Source: Gemmatimonadota bacterium
GTDB lineage: Bacteria > Gemmatimonadota > Gemmatimonadetes > Palauibacterales > Palauibacteraceae
NCBI GenBank assembly: GCA_039588275.1
Contig: JBDHAC010000039.1
Coordinates: forward strand, 1 to 32,172
Length of the DNA stretch: 32,172 nt
Direction: 5' to 3'
Shown piece by piece: positions 1-8,615 of this stretch. A program made the position numbers and the translations under genes. Position 1 is the first letter of the stretch. Each line of letters begins with the position of its first letter. The notes beneath the pieces are model-generated. The model was not told where the DNA came from and did not search any database. It was given only the letters and a program-made list of their open reading frames with translations.

Positions 1-489
1 TACATCGACTGTCGGACCACCACGATGCATGCGCACGGCCAGGTGTTGATCGGCCAGGTGGGGTTTGACGTCATTCACACCGCAGGGCACCGTCCGGACG
101 CCATTGGCGGGCTCACGATGGGGGCCGATCCGCTGGCGTACGCGATCGCGGCCGAGAGCTGGCGCCAAGGCGAGCCCATCCACGCTTTCTCCGTGCGAAA
201 GCGAGCGAAGCGTCATGGTCGCGGACAGCTGATCGAGGGGTGCTTCGAGCCAGGCGCCCGGGTCGTGGTCGTAGAAGACGTAATCACCACCGGCGGCTCC
301 GCGCTCAAGGCCCTCGACGCGGTGCGCCAGGCCCAGGGGGACGTGCTCGCGGTGCTCGGTCTGGTTGACCGGGAGGAGGGCGGACGGCAGAACATCGAGG
401 GGGCGGGCCTTCCTACCATCGTATTGTTCACCGCGACCGATCTGCGTCGTTGTCTCGCTGCGCGCACCGACGGCGAGAATGCTCCGTAG
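1..489 (+). CDS. pyrE: Orotate phosphoribosyltransferase (5' end lies outside the window)
   Basis: Frame is open from base 1 (YIDCRTTTMH). Contains GGLTMGADP, VRK..K.HG, the PRPP motif VVVVEDVITTGGS and LVDREEGG. Confidence 0.95.
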   Translation, partial: YIDCRTTTMHAHGQVLIGQVGFDVIHTAGHRPDAIGGLTMGADPLAYAIAAESWRQGEPIHAFSVRKRAKRHGRGQLIEGCFEPGARVVVVEDVITTGGSALKALDAVRQAQGDVLAVLGLVDREEGGRQNIEGAGLPTIVLFTATDLRRCLAARTDGENAP

Positions 490-1390
490 ATCTCTCCTGT
501 TCCTCAGCGAGCGAGAGGGATTCAAGAACGCGCTCCTCAAGCTGCCGGGCGCGAAGGGCATGGCGACCAGGTTCGCGGCGGGTGAGACGGGCGCGGAGGC
601 CCTGCGCGCCTCCCGAACGCTGAATCGCGCGGGCTTCCGCGTTACCCTCGATTACCTGGGTGAGAGCGTTCGCAGCCCCGACGAGGCCGAGCGGGCGACG
701 CGAGCCTACCTCGACAGCCTGGTCGAGATCTCCTCCAGCGACGCCGAGACGACGATCAGCTTGAAGCTCACCCAGCTGGGGCTGGACATCGATGAGGATC
801 TGTGTACGCGCAACGTCGGCCGGATCGTCGAGCAGGCCGAGGAGCTCGACAACTTCGTTCGGATCGACATGGAGGATTCGCACCACACGGCCGCGACCCT
901 CCGTGTGTTCCGCAGCGTGTTCCCTAGGCACCGCAACGTAGGCGTCGTGATCCAGTCTTACCTTCGTCGGAGCGCGGAGGACGTGGACGAGCTCGTCCGC
1001 ATCGGCGCGCCGGTGCGTTTGTGCAAGGGAGCGTACCAGGAACCCGGTACCGTCGCGTTCCAGCGAAAGTCGGAGATCGACGACAGCTTCATTCAGCTGA
1101 TGAAACGCCTGCTCGACGGTGGCGTGTCCACCGCCATCGCTTCACATGACGAGCGGATGATAGAGGCGACGAGCCGCTACGTGGAGGAGCGAGGGATCTC
1201 CAGGGAGGCATTCGAGTTTCAGATGCTGTACGGTGTGCGTCGCGACTACCAGGCCCTGCTCGTGGAGCAGGGGTATGGGGTACGCATCTATGTGCCGTAT
1301 GGGACACAATGGTACCCTTACTTCATGCGACGCATGGCGGAGCGGCCGGCGAACCTCGTGTTTGTGGCGAGGGCGATTCTCGGGAACTAG
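479..1390 (+). CDS. Monofunctional proline dehydrogenase
   Basis: Motifs TLDYLGE, SLKLTQLGL, RIDMED, VRLCKGAY, IASHD, FQMLYG and YVPYG.QWYPYFMRRMAERPAN. ATG at 479 (MLRRSLL) overlaps the pyrE end. Confidence 0.93.
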   Translation: MLRRSLLFLSEREGFKNALLKLPGAKGMATRFAAGETGAEALRASRTLNRAGFRVTLDYLGESVRSPDEAERATRAYLDSLVEISSSDAETTISLKLTQLGLDIDEDLCTRNVGRIVEQAEELDNFVRIDMEDSHHTAATLRVFRSVFPRHRNVGVVIQSYLRRSAEDVDELVRIGAPVRLCKGAYQEPGTVAFQRKSEIDDSFIQLMKRLLDGGVSTAIASHDERMIEATSRYVEERGISREAFEFQMLYGVRRDYQALLVEQGYGVRIYVPYGTQWYPYFMRRMAERPANLVFVARAILGN

Positions 1391-1439
1391 AGGTCGCTGA
1401 CACTTCAGACACCCCCTCGAGGCGGGAGCTATGCGCGGC

Positions 1440-2033
1440 ATGGTCGTCGCGTTCACCGAAGCGGCTCGCGAGCAGATACGCGGCTTCATTCAGGAAGATG
1501 AGGGCGCGGACCTGGCTGTCCGAGTCCGGGTGCGAAACCCAAGTCCGGTGTCTCCGGAGTACGAGATGGCGCTCATCGAGCCCGACGAGCGCGAGCCGGA
1601 GGACGAGGTCTTCGACGGCGGCGGGTTCGAAGTCGTGGTCGATCCCGAGAGCGCCCGCATCCTGAGCGGCACCGAGATCGATTGGGTGGACTCGCTGCAC
1701 GGCAGCGGATTCCAATTCAGCAATCCGAACATCAAGCCGCTGGGCTCGGAGCCCCTCGAGGGGCCGCTCGCCGAGCGCGTACAGCAGGTGCTGGAGCAGC
1801 GGATCAACCCCGGGATCGCGATGCACGGCGGCGCCGTCAGCCTAGTCGACATCCGAGAGGACGTGGTCTACCTGCGCATGAGCGGCGGGTGCCAGGGGTG
1901 CGGCATGGCATCGGTCACGCTGTCCCAGGGAATCAAGCAGGTATTGCAGGAGGCGGTGCCCGAGATCGTCGATATCCGCGACGTGACCGACCACGCGGCG
2001 GGCACGGACCCCTACTTCTCGCCCGAGAAGTAG
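1440..2033 (+). CDS. nfuA: Fe-S cluster carrier NfuA (degenerate A-type domain plus NifU-C domain)
   Basis: Cys-less IscA-like N-domain (FTEAAREQI, GFQFSNPN) and an Nfu domain (INPGIAMHGG...MSGGCQGCG...DVTDH..G..PYF). GGGAG spacing favours ATG 1440; ATG 1431 is the alternative. Confidence 0.88.
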   Translation: MVVAFTEAAREQIRGFIQEDEGADLAVRVRVRNPSPVSPEYEMALIEPDEREPEDEVFDGGGFEVVVDPESARILSGTEIDWVDSLHGSGFQFSNPNIKPLGSEPLEGPLAERVQQVLEQRINPGIAMHGGAVSLVDIREDVVYLRMSGGCQGCGMASVTLSQGIKQVLQEAVPEIVDIRDVTDHAAGTDPYFSPEK

Positions 2034-2080
2034 CGCCCCGAGACGGATCGGGCGCAGCCGGTCTCCAGGGCGCAGCTCCG

Positions 2081-3355
2081 ATGGCCGACCCGCGGCGCGT
2101 CCTGCTCCTCATCGCCTCCACCAGCTACAAGGCGACGGACTTCCTGGAGGCCGCCAACCGTCTCGGCGTCGCGGTGACGGTGGGCTCCGATCACGAGGCC
2201 ACCCTCGCCGAGGAGGCACCCGGAGGTACCCTGACGCTCGACCTGTCGGATTCGACCGGCAGCATCGCGGCGATCGCGGATCTCCACGCGCACGACCCGC
2301 TCGCGGCCATCGTTGCCGCCGAGGATGATGGGACCGAGCTGGCCGCCGAGGCCGCCCGTGCCCTCGGTCTCAAGCACAATCCGCCGGAGGCGGTCCGCGC
2401 TTGCCGGCGCAAGCACCTGTTCCGGGAGGTAGTCTCGACGCTCGATCTCCCTGCGCCCTGGTTCGACGCCTTCGACGAGGCCGCCGACCCGGCGCGGATC
2501 GCTCGCCAGGTCCCGTATCCATGCGTGGTGAAGCCGGTCTCGCTGGCTGCGAGCAGAGGCGTGATTCGCGCCGACGGACGAGCCGAGTTCGAGGCCGCGT
2601 TTCGTCGGGCGTTGGACATCACGCTCGCGGCCGGGAGCGATCGGCGCGATGGCCCGATCGTACTCGTCGAATCCTATATCCCGGGCTTCGAGGTGGCGCT
2701 CGAGGGACTGTTGGTGGGCGGGGTGCTGGAAACGCTGGCGATCCTGGACAAGCCGGATCCGCTCGTGGGTCCGTTCTTCGAAGAGACGTTGTTCGTTACG
2801 CCGTCGCGTCTTCCCGCCGAGGTGCAATGCGAGGTCGAGCGCGTGGCCGGTCATGTCGCGGCGGCGCTCGGACTACGCGAGGGGCCGGTGCACGCGGAAC
2901 TGCGGGTCAACGAGAGAGGGGTGTGGATCATCGAGCTGGCGCCTCGAACGATTGGGGGGCTGTGTTCGCGCATCTTCCGGTACCGAGCCGGCGTATCGCT
3001 CGAAGAGCTCGTCTTGCGGCACGCACTGGACGAGACGCTCCATGAGCTGGGCGAAGCCCTCCCTCCCTCCGGAGTCATGATGATCCCGATCCCTGGCCCC
3101 GGACGCCTCGAAGAGGTGTCAGGATTGGAGAGCGCCGAGGCGGTCGAGGGAGTGCAGGAGGTCGTGATGAGCCTCCTTCCGGGCCAGGAAGTGCTCCCGC
3201 TGCCCGAGGGCAACCGCTACCTCGGGTTCATCTTCGCGCGCGGGGAGAGCGCCCCGGTAGTCGAGAGCGCCCTACGGGAGGCCCACGAGCTTCTCGACAT
3301 CCGCATCGAGCCGACGGGGGGAGACCGCCCGACCCCCGACGTGGCGGCTCGGTGA
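2081..3355 (+). CDS. ATP-grasp ligase, L-amino acid ligase-like, substrate unknown
   Basis: PCVVKPVSLAASRGVIRAD, LVESYIPGFEVALEG, GPVHAELR, IIELAPRTIGG and a C-terminal YLGFIFARG. Start placed at the first ATG after nfuA. Confidence 0.85.
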   Translation: MADPRRVLLLIASTSYKATDFLEAANRLGVAVTVGSDHEATLAEEAPGGTLTLDLSDSTGSIAAIADLHAHDPLAAIVAAEDDGTELAAEAARALGLKHNPPEAVRACRRKHLFREVVSTLDLPAPWFDAFDEAADPARIARQVPYPCVVKPVSLAASRGVIRADGRAEFEAAFRRALDITLAAGSDRRDGPIVLVESYIPGFEVALEGLLVGGVLETLAILDKPDPLVGPFFEETLFVTPSRLPAEVQCEVERVAGHVAAALGLREGPVHAELRVNERGVWIIELAPRTIGGLCSRIFRYRAGVSLEELVLRHALDETLHELGEALPPSGVMMIPIPGPGRLEEVSGLESAEAVEGVQEVVMSLLPGQEVLPLPEGNRYLGFIFARGESAPVVESALREAHELLDIRIEPTGGDRPTPDVAAR

Positions 3356-3381
3356 AGACTCGGCGTCCGATTTCGACCCGG

Positions 3382-3732
3382 TCAGCGACGCTTCTTGGGC
3401 TTGACGAACAGGTGGAGGAACGTCGCCACGATCGACATGACGAGCGCCCCGAGGATCGCCGCCCCCAGGCCCGAGAGCTCGAAGCCGGGCGTGAGGGCCG
3501 CCGCCAGGTACAGCATGAGCCCGTTCAGCACGAAGTAGAACAGCCCCAAGGTGATCACGGTGATCGGGAACGTGATGAACCTCAGGATCGGTCGCACGAT
3601 GGCGTTCACGAGCCCGATCACGAGCGCCGCGAGGAAGAGCGCCTCGGTTCCCGCGACCTCCACCCCTGTAATCAGTCGCGCCGCCACGTACAGCGCGGCG
3701 GCGTTGATCAGCCAGTTGATGATGAGTTTCAC
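3382..3732 (-). CDS. Phage holin superfamily IV / YvlD-like 4-TM membrane protein
   Basis: 116 aa hydrophobic protein with LVIGLVNAIVRPIL..ITFPITVITLGLF..VLNGLML. GTG start with upstream GGGGAAG. Confidence 0.88.
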   Translation of the reverse strand: MKLIINWLINAAALYVAARLITGVEVAGTEALFLAALVIGLVNAIVRPILRFITFPITVITLGLFYFVLNGLMLYLAAALTPGFELSGLGAAILGALVMSIVATFLHLFVKPKKRR

Positions 3733-3784
3733 TGACTTCCCCCAGTTGCCTGTGGTAGGACGTCGCTTACCCGATAAGCATACG

Positions 3785-4324
3785 ATGATGACGGAGCGCT
3801 CGATTCACGGCCTCCGGATCGACTGCGTGCAGGGCGATATCACGGACCAACCGGGGTACGCTGCCGTAGTGAACGCGGCGAACGCTCAGCTGCGTCCGGG
3901 AGGGGGCGTGGCCGGTGCGATTCACCTGGCTGCCGGGCCCGGACTCGATGTCGAATGTCGGCGGCTCGCGCCGATTCAGCCCGGCGAGGCGGTACTGACC
4001 GGCGGTCACGACCTCCCCAACAAACACGTGATCCACTGCCTCGGACCGGTGTATGGACGCGACGAGCCATCCGACGAGCTCCTGGAAGCTTGCTACCGGA
4101 ATGCGCTAAAGCTGGCGGAGGAACACGCCCTGGAGTCGATCGCGTTCCCCGCGATCTCGACCGGTGCGTTCGGCTTCCCGCTGCGCGAGGCGGCGGAGAT
4201 CGCCATGCGGACCGTCGCGGACGCCGCGCCATCACTGGCTCGTGTGCGTCGAATCCGTTTCACGCTGTTCAGGCGTGAAGCCCTTGATGCCCACGCGGGG
4301 GCGCTGGAGCGCCTCGAACGTTAA
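3785..4324 (+). CDS. Macro domain protein (YmdB-like ADP-ribose hydrolase)
   Basis: GDIT, VNAANAQLRPGGGVAGAIH, VIHCLGP and SIAFPAISTGAFGFP. Confidence 0.92.
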   Translation: MMTERSIHGLRIDCVQGDITDQPGYAAVVNAANAQLRPGGGVAGAIHLAAGPGLDVECRRLAPIQPGEAVLTGGHDLPNKHVIHCLGPVYGRDEPSDELLEACYRNALKLAEEHALESIAFPAISTGAFGFPLREAAEIAMRTVADAAPSLARVRRIRFTLFRREALDAHAGALERLER

Positions 4325-4354
4325 CCCGCGGATAGCGCGTACGGGCGAGATGCC

Positions 4355-4384
4355 GAGAGGGCGGCCGGAGCCGCCCTCTCTTCA
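4355..4384. terminator. Hairpin between convergent genes, probable terminator
   Basis: Perfect 11-bp stem GAGAGGGCGGC / GCCGCCCTCTC with a CGGA loop, lying between the convergent stops at 4324 and 4410. The U-tract is weak. Confidence 0.6.
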
Positions 4385-4409
4385 GCTGGTAAACATGCCG
4401 GATCGCCGG

Positions 4410-7400
4410 CTAGAAGCCCGGCGTGAGGCTTAGCTGCCACACGGAGTTCTTCTGGGGTCGGTCGAACGGGAACGCGTAGTCGAGCTCCACGATCATGAAC
4501 CCGAACAGGTTGAGCCGGGCGAGCGCCCCGGCGCTCTTTACCCAATCGCGTTCTTTGAACGTGTTGCCCTCGACACCGGTCCACGCCTTCCCGATATCGA
4601 AGAACCCGCCGATCTCGATCGGCGGCACGCCCGGCGCGCGGATCAGGCCGATCCCGCCGAGCAGCGGGAGTCTGAGCTCCACGTTCGCCACCCCAACCCG
4701 GCTCCCGAGCAGCTGATCGAACACGGGACAACCGAAGGCGGCCGCCCCGGGGGTCTGGCACTCGAACACATCGAACGTGTTGTCGTCGTATCCGCGGACC
4801 AGACCCGGCTGCCCGATGAACAGGCGCCCCACGCGCGGATCGTCCGAGTCGCCGCCGTAGCGGCCGAAGTGCAGCACGCGGCCGGCGAGCGTGAACGGCG
4901 CGATGCGGAAGTAGCGCCGGACATCGCCCAGGAGCGTCACGAAGTTGAGCGTCCCGAACGTCGGCTCCGCCTCGATCCGGTAGCGCTGCCCCAGGATCGG
5001 GCTCGTTCCGCCGAAGATCGACGTGTCGTATACGAGCGCGGCGCTCGCGCTGCCCATGTAGATGGACTCGGGTGAACAGTTTAAGAAGAACTGGTCGTCC
5101 GGTCCGCAGTCGGGGACATCGAACTTTTCATCGATGACGATGGCGCCGGTGTTGAGGTTGACCCCGATATCCTCGATCTCGGCTGCGAAGTCGATCTGCC
5201 GCGCCGACGCGCTGAACTCGATCCGGCTCGCCCGATTGAAGGCGTATGAGATGAGCCCCGTCAACTCGCGGTTGATCTCGAAGAACCGGCTCTCCCGAAA
5301 CACCCGAACCGGCTGACCCTCTACGAGCACGTCCTGGAACTGGAACGAGCTCGTGACGAACGGAATCTGTCCGCCGATGCCGGCCCAGTTCCACCGCGAT
5401 CTACGGTTCTCGTACGCCACGACGGCGGCCGTACCTTTGAACAGGTCGCCGCGTGACGTGTTGATCTGGAGCAGCGTTTGCAGGTTCTGATCGCCGAGCA
5501 GATCGCTCCAGTAGAGACTCGCCCCTCCCGCGAAGAACACCCCGTAATCGCTCGCGCCGAACGCCAGCGACGGCTGCGAGATGAAGTCGAGCGACAGGGC
5601 TGCGCTGTACTCGTCGTCCTCGAAGGTGATGGGGTCCACGAGGCCGAGTCTCGCGTTGTCCAGCAGTTCGACGAGCTCGAGGGACACGCGCTCGCGCGGC
5701 GGGATCACCGCAGGGTCCACCTCGGTGAGGAACTCGGGCGCGGGCTCGCCCTGCAACACCTCGGGATCATCGATCACGAAGATCTCGAAGCTGAACGGCC
5801 CACCCTCGTTCACGCTGAACGCGACCTCGCCGGTCTGGCTCGCCACCGAGATCGCCGGGCTCAACGCCGTCAATCCGCTGACACCGGTCCACAGGTCGGT
5901 GATGACGAACACCTCCCGGGACTCCATGTTCATTCGGTAGAGGTTCGAGATCCCGTCGTGGTCCGAGACGAAGTAGAGATCTCGCCCGTCCGGCGACCAT
6001 TGCGGGTTCAGGTGCCTCCCCTCCTCGAACGTTTGGAGGCGATCGATCCTGCGCGCCTCCACGTCGTACAGCGCCAACTGATACGGTCCCGCGGTCAGCA
6101 GCTCGAGATCGGTCCCAAAGCGATCGGTGATGAACGCGATGTGTCGGCCGTCGGGGGACCATGCGGGTTGCAGATCCGCGTACGGGTCAGAGGTGAGCCG
6201 GGTGAGGTTCTCGGTCTCCAGATCGAGCGCGTAGAGATCGGTGAAGCCGCCGGTCATCGCCGAGAAGGCCACCTGCTGCCCGTCCGGTCCCCAGGTGGGG
6301 GTGAAGATCTCGCCGAGCTCATCCAGCTTCACTTCGCGGATCTTCGCACCGGTGTTCACGTCCATCACGCTGACGACAGGTCGTCCCTTGCTGACGGCCG
6401 AGAACAGGAACTGGCGTCCGTCCGGGTGCCACACACCGGCCGAGTTGATCCACTGCAGGCTCTCGAAGTGGGGGTCGACCGATGTCTTGGTAACCCTCCG
6501 TGTGACCGCGCCTGTCTCCGCGTCCGCGAGGAACATCTCGATCGAAAACAGGTCTCGCTCGGAGATGAAGACCAGGTCCTTGCCGTCAGGGCTGATGGCG
6601 GGGCCGAGGTTGAGCCGCCCCTCGGACTGCTCCTCGAACACCAACCTGCGGCCGAACTCACCCGCGTCGTGCGTCTCGTCCCGGATCGAGGCGAAGTAGG
6701 TCTCGAGATCGTTTCGCCACCGATCCGACAACTCGCTGATCGGTGTCTCGAGCACTGCCTCGATCGCGCCGATCGCGTTTCCGGTCCGCCCGGCCAGGTT
6801 CAGGATGCGGCCGATCCTGTCGTCACCGTAGTTCCCGGCAATGTAGGACCACAGCGCGTGTCCGTACCGGTACGGGAAGTACTTCGTGTTGTTCAGCTCG
6901 GGAATCGTGGGAAACTCGCCGATACCGATGGCATCCCGTATCCACATCGTCGTGAAGGGATCGATCGGCCCGATCGACAGGTACTCGGCCATCCCCTCGA
7001 TGAACCACAGGGGCAAGCGAATCGCGCCCGGCACATCCACGCCGACGGCACCCGGGCCTTGCCCGGTCATGTCGAACTGGAACGAGTGGACCAGCTCGTG
7101 ACCGAGCACGTGGTCGGTCTCGGCCAGGGAGCTCGCCAGCGGCAAGACCACACGGCGTTTCAGGATCTCCGTGAAACCGCCCGTCGACTCGTCGATCTGC
7201 GTCGGCGTCGCGTTCGTTTGCTCGAAATCGGAATGGTCCGCGTAGAGGATGATCGGCTGGCGAGAGCGAAACTCATGGTTCAGCACGCGGGAGAGGCGCG
7301 CGTACCAGCGTTCCGCCATGCGGGCCGCCATCTGAACGGCCTCGGCCTCGGCCTCGTAGTAGTAGATGTCGTAGTGCTCGGTCTTGAGGACCTGGAAGTC

Positions 7401-7532
7401 GAAGTGCTGGTACTGGACCTTGTTACGGCCGAAGTAACGGCCCGCCTGAGCGCTCGCCGCTTCCACCGCAGGTCCGGCCAGAACAGCCAGGGCCGTCAGC
7501 GTGGCCAGAAGTAGTGTGCGTCTCTGACTCAT
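4410..7532 (-). CDS. Secreted fusion: gluzincin-like peptidase, TolB/PD40 beta-propeller and Omp85 (BamA/TamA-type) barrel
   Basis: Signal peptide; HELVH plus WFIEGMAEY; repeated P.(I/W)SPDG motifs; barrel with LVRGYD and a terminal Phe (WQLSLTPGF). Confidence 0.85.
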   Translation of the reverse strand: MSQRRTLLLATLTALAVLAGPAVEAASAQAGRYFGRNKVQYQHFDFQVLKTEHYDIYYYEAEAEAVQMAARMAERWYARLSRVLNHEFRSRQPIILYADHSDFEQTNATPTQIDESTGGFTEILKRRVVLPLASSLAETDHVLGHELVHSFQFDMTGQGPGAVGVDVPGAIRLPLWFIEGMAEYLSIGPIDPFTTMWIRDAIGIGEFPTIPELNNTKYFPYRYGHALWSYIAGNYGDDRIGRILNLAGRTGNAIGAIEAVLETPISELSDRWRNDLETYFASIRDETHDAGEFGRRLVFEEQSEGRLNLGPAISPDGKDLVFISERDLFSIEMFLADAETGAVTRRVTKTSVDPHFESLQWINSAGVWHPDGRQFLFSAVSKGRPVVSVMDVNTGAKIREVKLDELGEIFTPTWGPDGQQVAFSAMTGGFTDLYALDLETENLTRLTSDPYADLQPAWSPDGRHIAFITDRFGTDLELLTAGPYQLALYDVEARRIDRLQTFEEGRHLNPQWSPDGRDLYFVSDHDGISNLYRMNMESREVFVITDLWTGVSGLTALSPAISVASQTGEVAFSVNEGGPFSFEIFVIDDPEVLQGEPAPEFLTEVDPAVIPPRERVSLELVELLDNARLGLVDPITFEDDEYSAALSLDFISQPSLAFGASDYGVFFAGGASLYWSDLLGDQNLQTLLQINTSRGDLFKGTAAVVAYENRRSRWNWAGIGGQIPFVTSSFQFQDVLVEGQPVRVFRESRFFEINRELTGLISYAFNRASRIEFSASARQIDFAAEIEDIGVNLNTGAIVIDEKFDVPDCGPDDQFFLNCSPESIYMGSASAALVYDTSIFGGTSPILGQRYRIEAEPTFGTLNFVTLLGDVRRYFRIAPFTLAGRVLHFGRYGGDSDDPRVGRLFIGQPGLVRGYDDNTFDVFECQTPGAAAFGCPVFDQLLGSRVGVANVELRLPLLGGIGLIRAPGVPPIEIGGFFDIGKAWTGVEGNTFKERDWVKSAGALARLNLFGFMIVELDYAFPFDRPQKNSVWQLSLTPGF

Positions 7533-7768
7533 ACAGCCTCCAAACCGATACCACGTCTACGCGTTTTCCGGGTGATCGCCGCGGGACGAGCCGACGTCTT
7601 ACAGGGACAGTTCAGGTCAGGTTCATGTAAAAGACCGTGGGGCGAGCGTGAACCTACCAACGCTCAGATGCGACCGCTACCGATCCACCCACTCTATATG
7701 ACGTCTGAGCCACCGCTGTTCAGTAAAAGCCCCGCACCAGTCCGTGGGTTCCGTCCGGCAGGCCACAC

Positions 7769-7818
7769 GCTCGGCTAGCCCCGGCGCTTGCTCGGCTTAC
7801 CCCCGTGACCGCTTGGCT
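7769..7818. repeat. Three direct repeats GCTYGGCT with exact 21-bp period
   Basis: GCTCGGCT at 7769, GCTCGGCT at 7790 and GCTTGGCT at 7811, all in intergenic DNA. Confidence 0.6.
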
Positions 7819-7871
7819 TGCCTCACCGACAACCGCACGCCGCGCGGTGACCCCGTTCTGTTCACGACGCG

Positions 7872-8519
7872 TCACCGAGATGGGTCACATCGACGGTAGA
7901 ACCCACCCAACCTCCTCTCGGCCGCCTCCGCGCTGGCGCCGCTGTCGAACGGACCGGCGATCACTCGCAGGAGGCCACCTGGCCCCACCTCCGAGCGGGC
8001 GCTATAGCCGGCTTCGCGTACGCGCCGCCGGGCCGTTGCCGCGAGCTCGGGGTCCCGGAAGGCACCCACCTGGAGCTCGATACATTCCCAGGGTGGGGTG
8101 CCCGGATTCTCGACGGCCTGCACCACTGTCACGCGCACACGCGCCGTGCCGGGACCCAGCATGCCGAGTCGGCGTGCGGCGGCGCGCGATAGATCCAGGA
8201 TCCTACGGCCCACGAACGGCCCGCGGTCGTTGATGCGCACCTCCACGGTGCGCCCGTTGTCTCGGTTCTCGACGCGAACGACGGTGCCGAACGGCAGCGT
8301 CTGATGAGCCGCCGTCATCGATTCCATGTCGTAGGTTTCTCCGGACGCCGTCCGCCGCCCATGGAACGGCTCGCCGTACCAGGACGCGACGCCCGTCTCA
8401 ATCCAGCCGGCATCCGCAGCCGCTCCGGGCTGCGCCCGCGGGACACAACCGCCGGCCATGAGAGCGATCGCGAGCCCCCCGGCGAGCTCCGGGATTCTCG
8501 CCCGGAGATTGCGCAACAC
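7872..8519 (-). CDS. rlpA: Septal ring lytic transglycosylase RlpA with SPOR domain
   Basis: GVASWYG..FHGRRTASGE.YDM..MTAAHQTLPFG and VRINDRGPF..RILDLSRAAA; SPOR-like LQVGAF...RVIAGPF; lipoprotein-like signal ending MAGGC. Start (GTG 8519) is approximate. Confidence 0.92.
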   Translation of the reverse strand: MLRNLRARIPELAGGLAIALMAGGCVPRAQPGAAADAGWIETGVASWYGEPFHGRRTASGETYDMESMTAAHQTLPFGTVVRVENRDNGRTVEVRINDRGPFVGRRILDLSRAAARRLGMLGPGTARVRVTVVQAVENPGTPPWECIELQVGAFRDPELAATARRRVREAGYSARSEVGPGGLLRVIAGPFDSGASAEAAERRLGGFYRRCDPSR

Positions 8520-8615
8520 TGCTCGGGATCCCCCCGTAGGGAGCGGTAGGGGAAGCCGACCCGAGTTCACGCAGCCGGGTCGGACACGTCGACGGTGACC
8601 ACGGTCTGAGGCCAT

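Noticed and set aside
3382..3732. Holin as evidence of a prophage
   Set aside because: This family is commonly chromosomal, and no endolysin, integrase or structural genes are nearby.
5478..7514. 678-aa plus-strand ORF
   Set aside because: Antisense shadow of the Omp85 fusion. It has no motifs and is expected from high-GC codon bias.
7613..7635. CAGGTCAGGT resembling the SRP RNA core; 6S RNA also considered
   Set aside because: The CCGGAAGGAAGCAGC continuation is missing, and no convincing 6S closing stem or central bubble is present.
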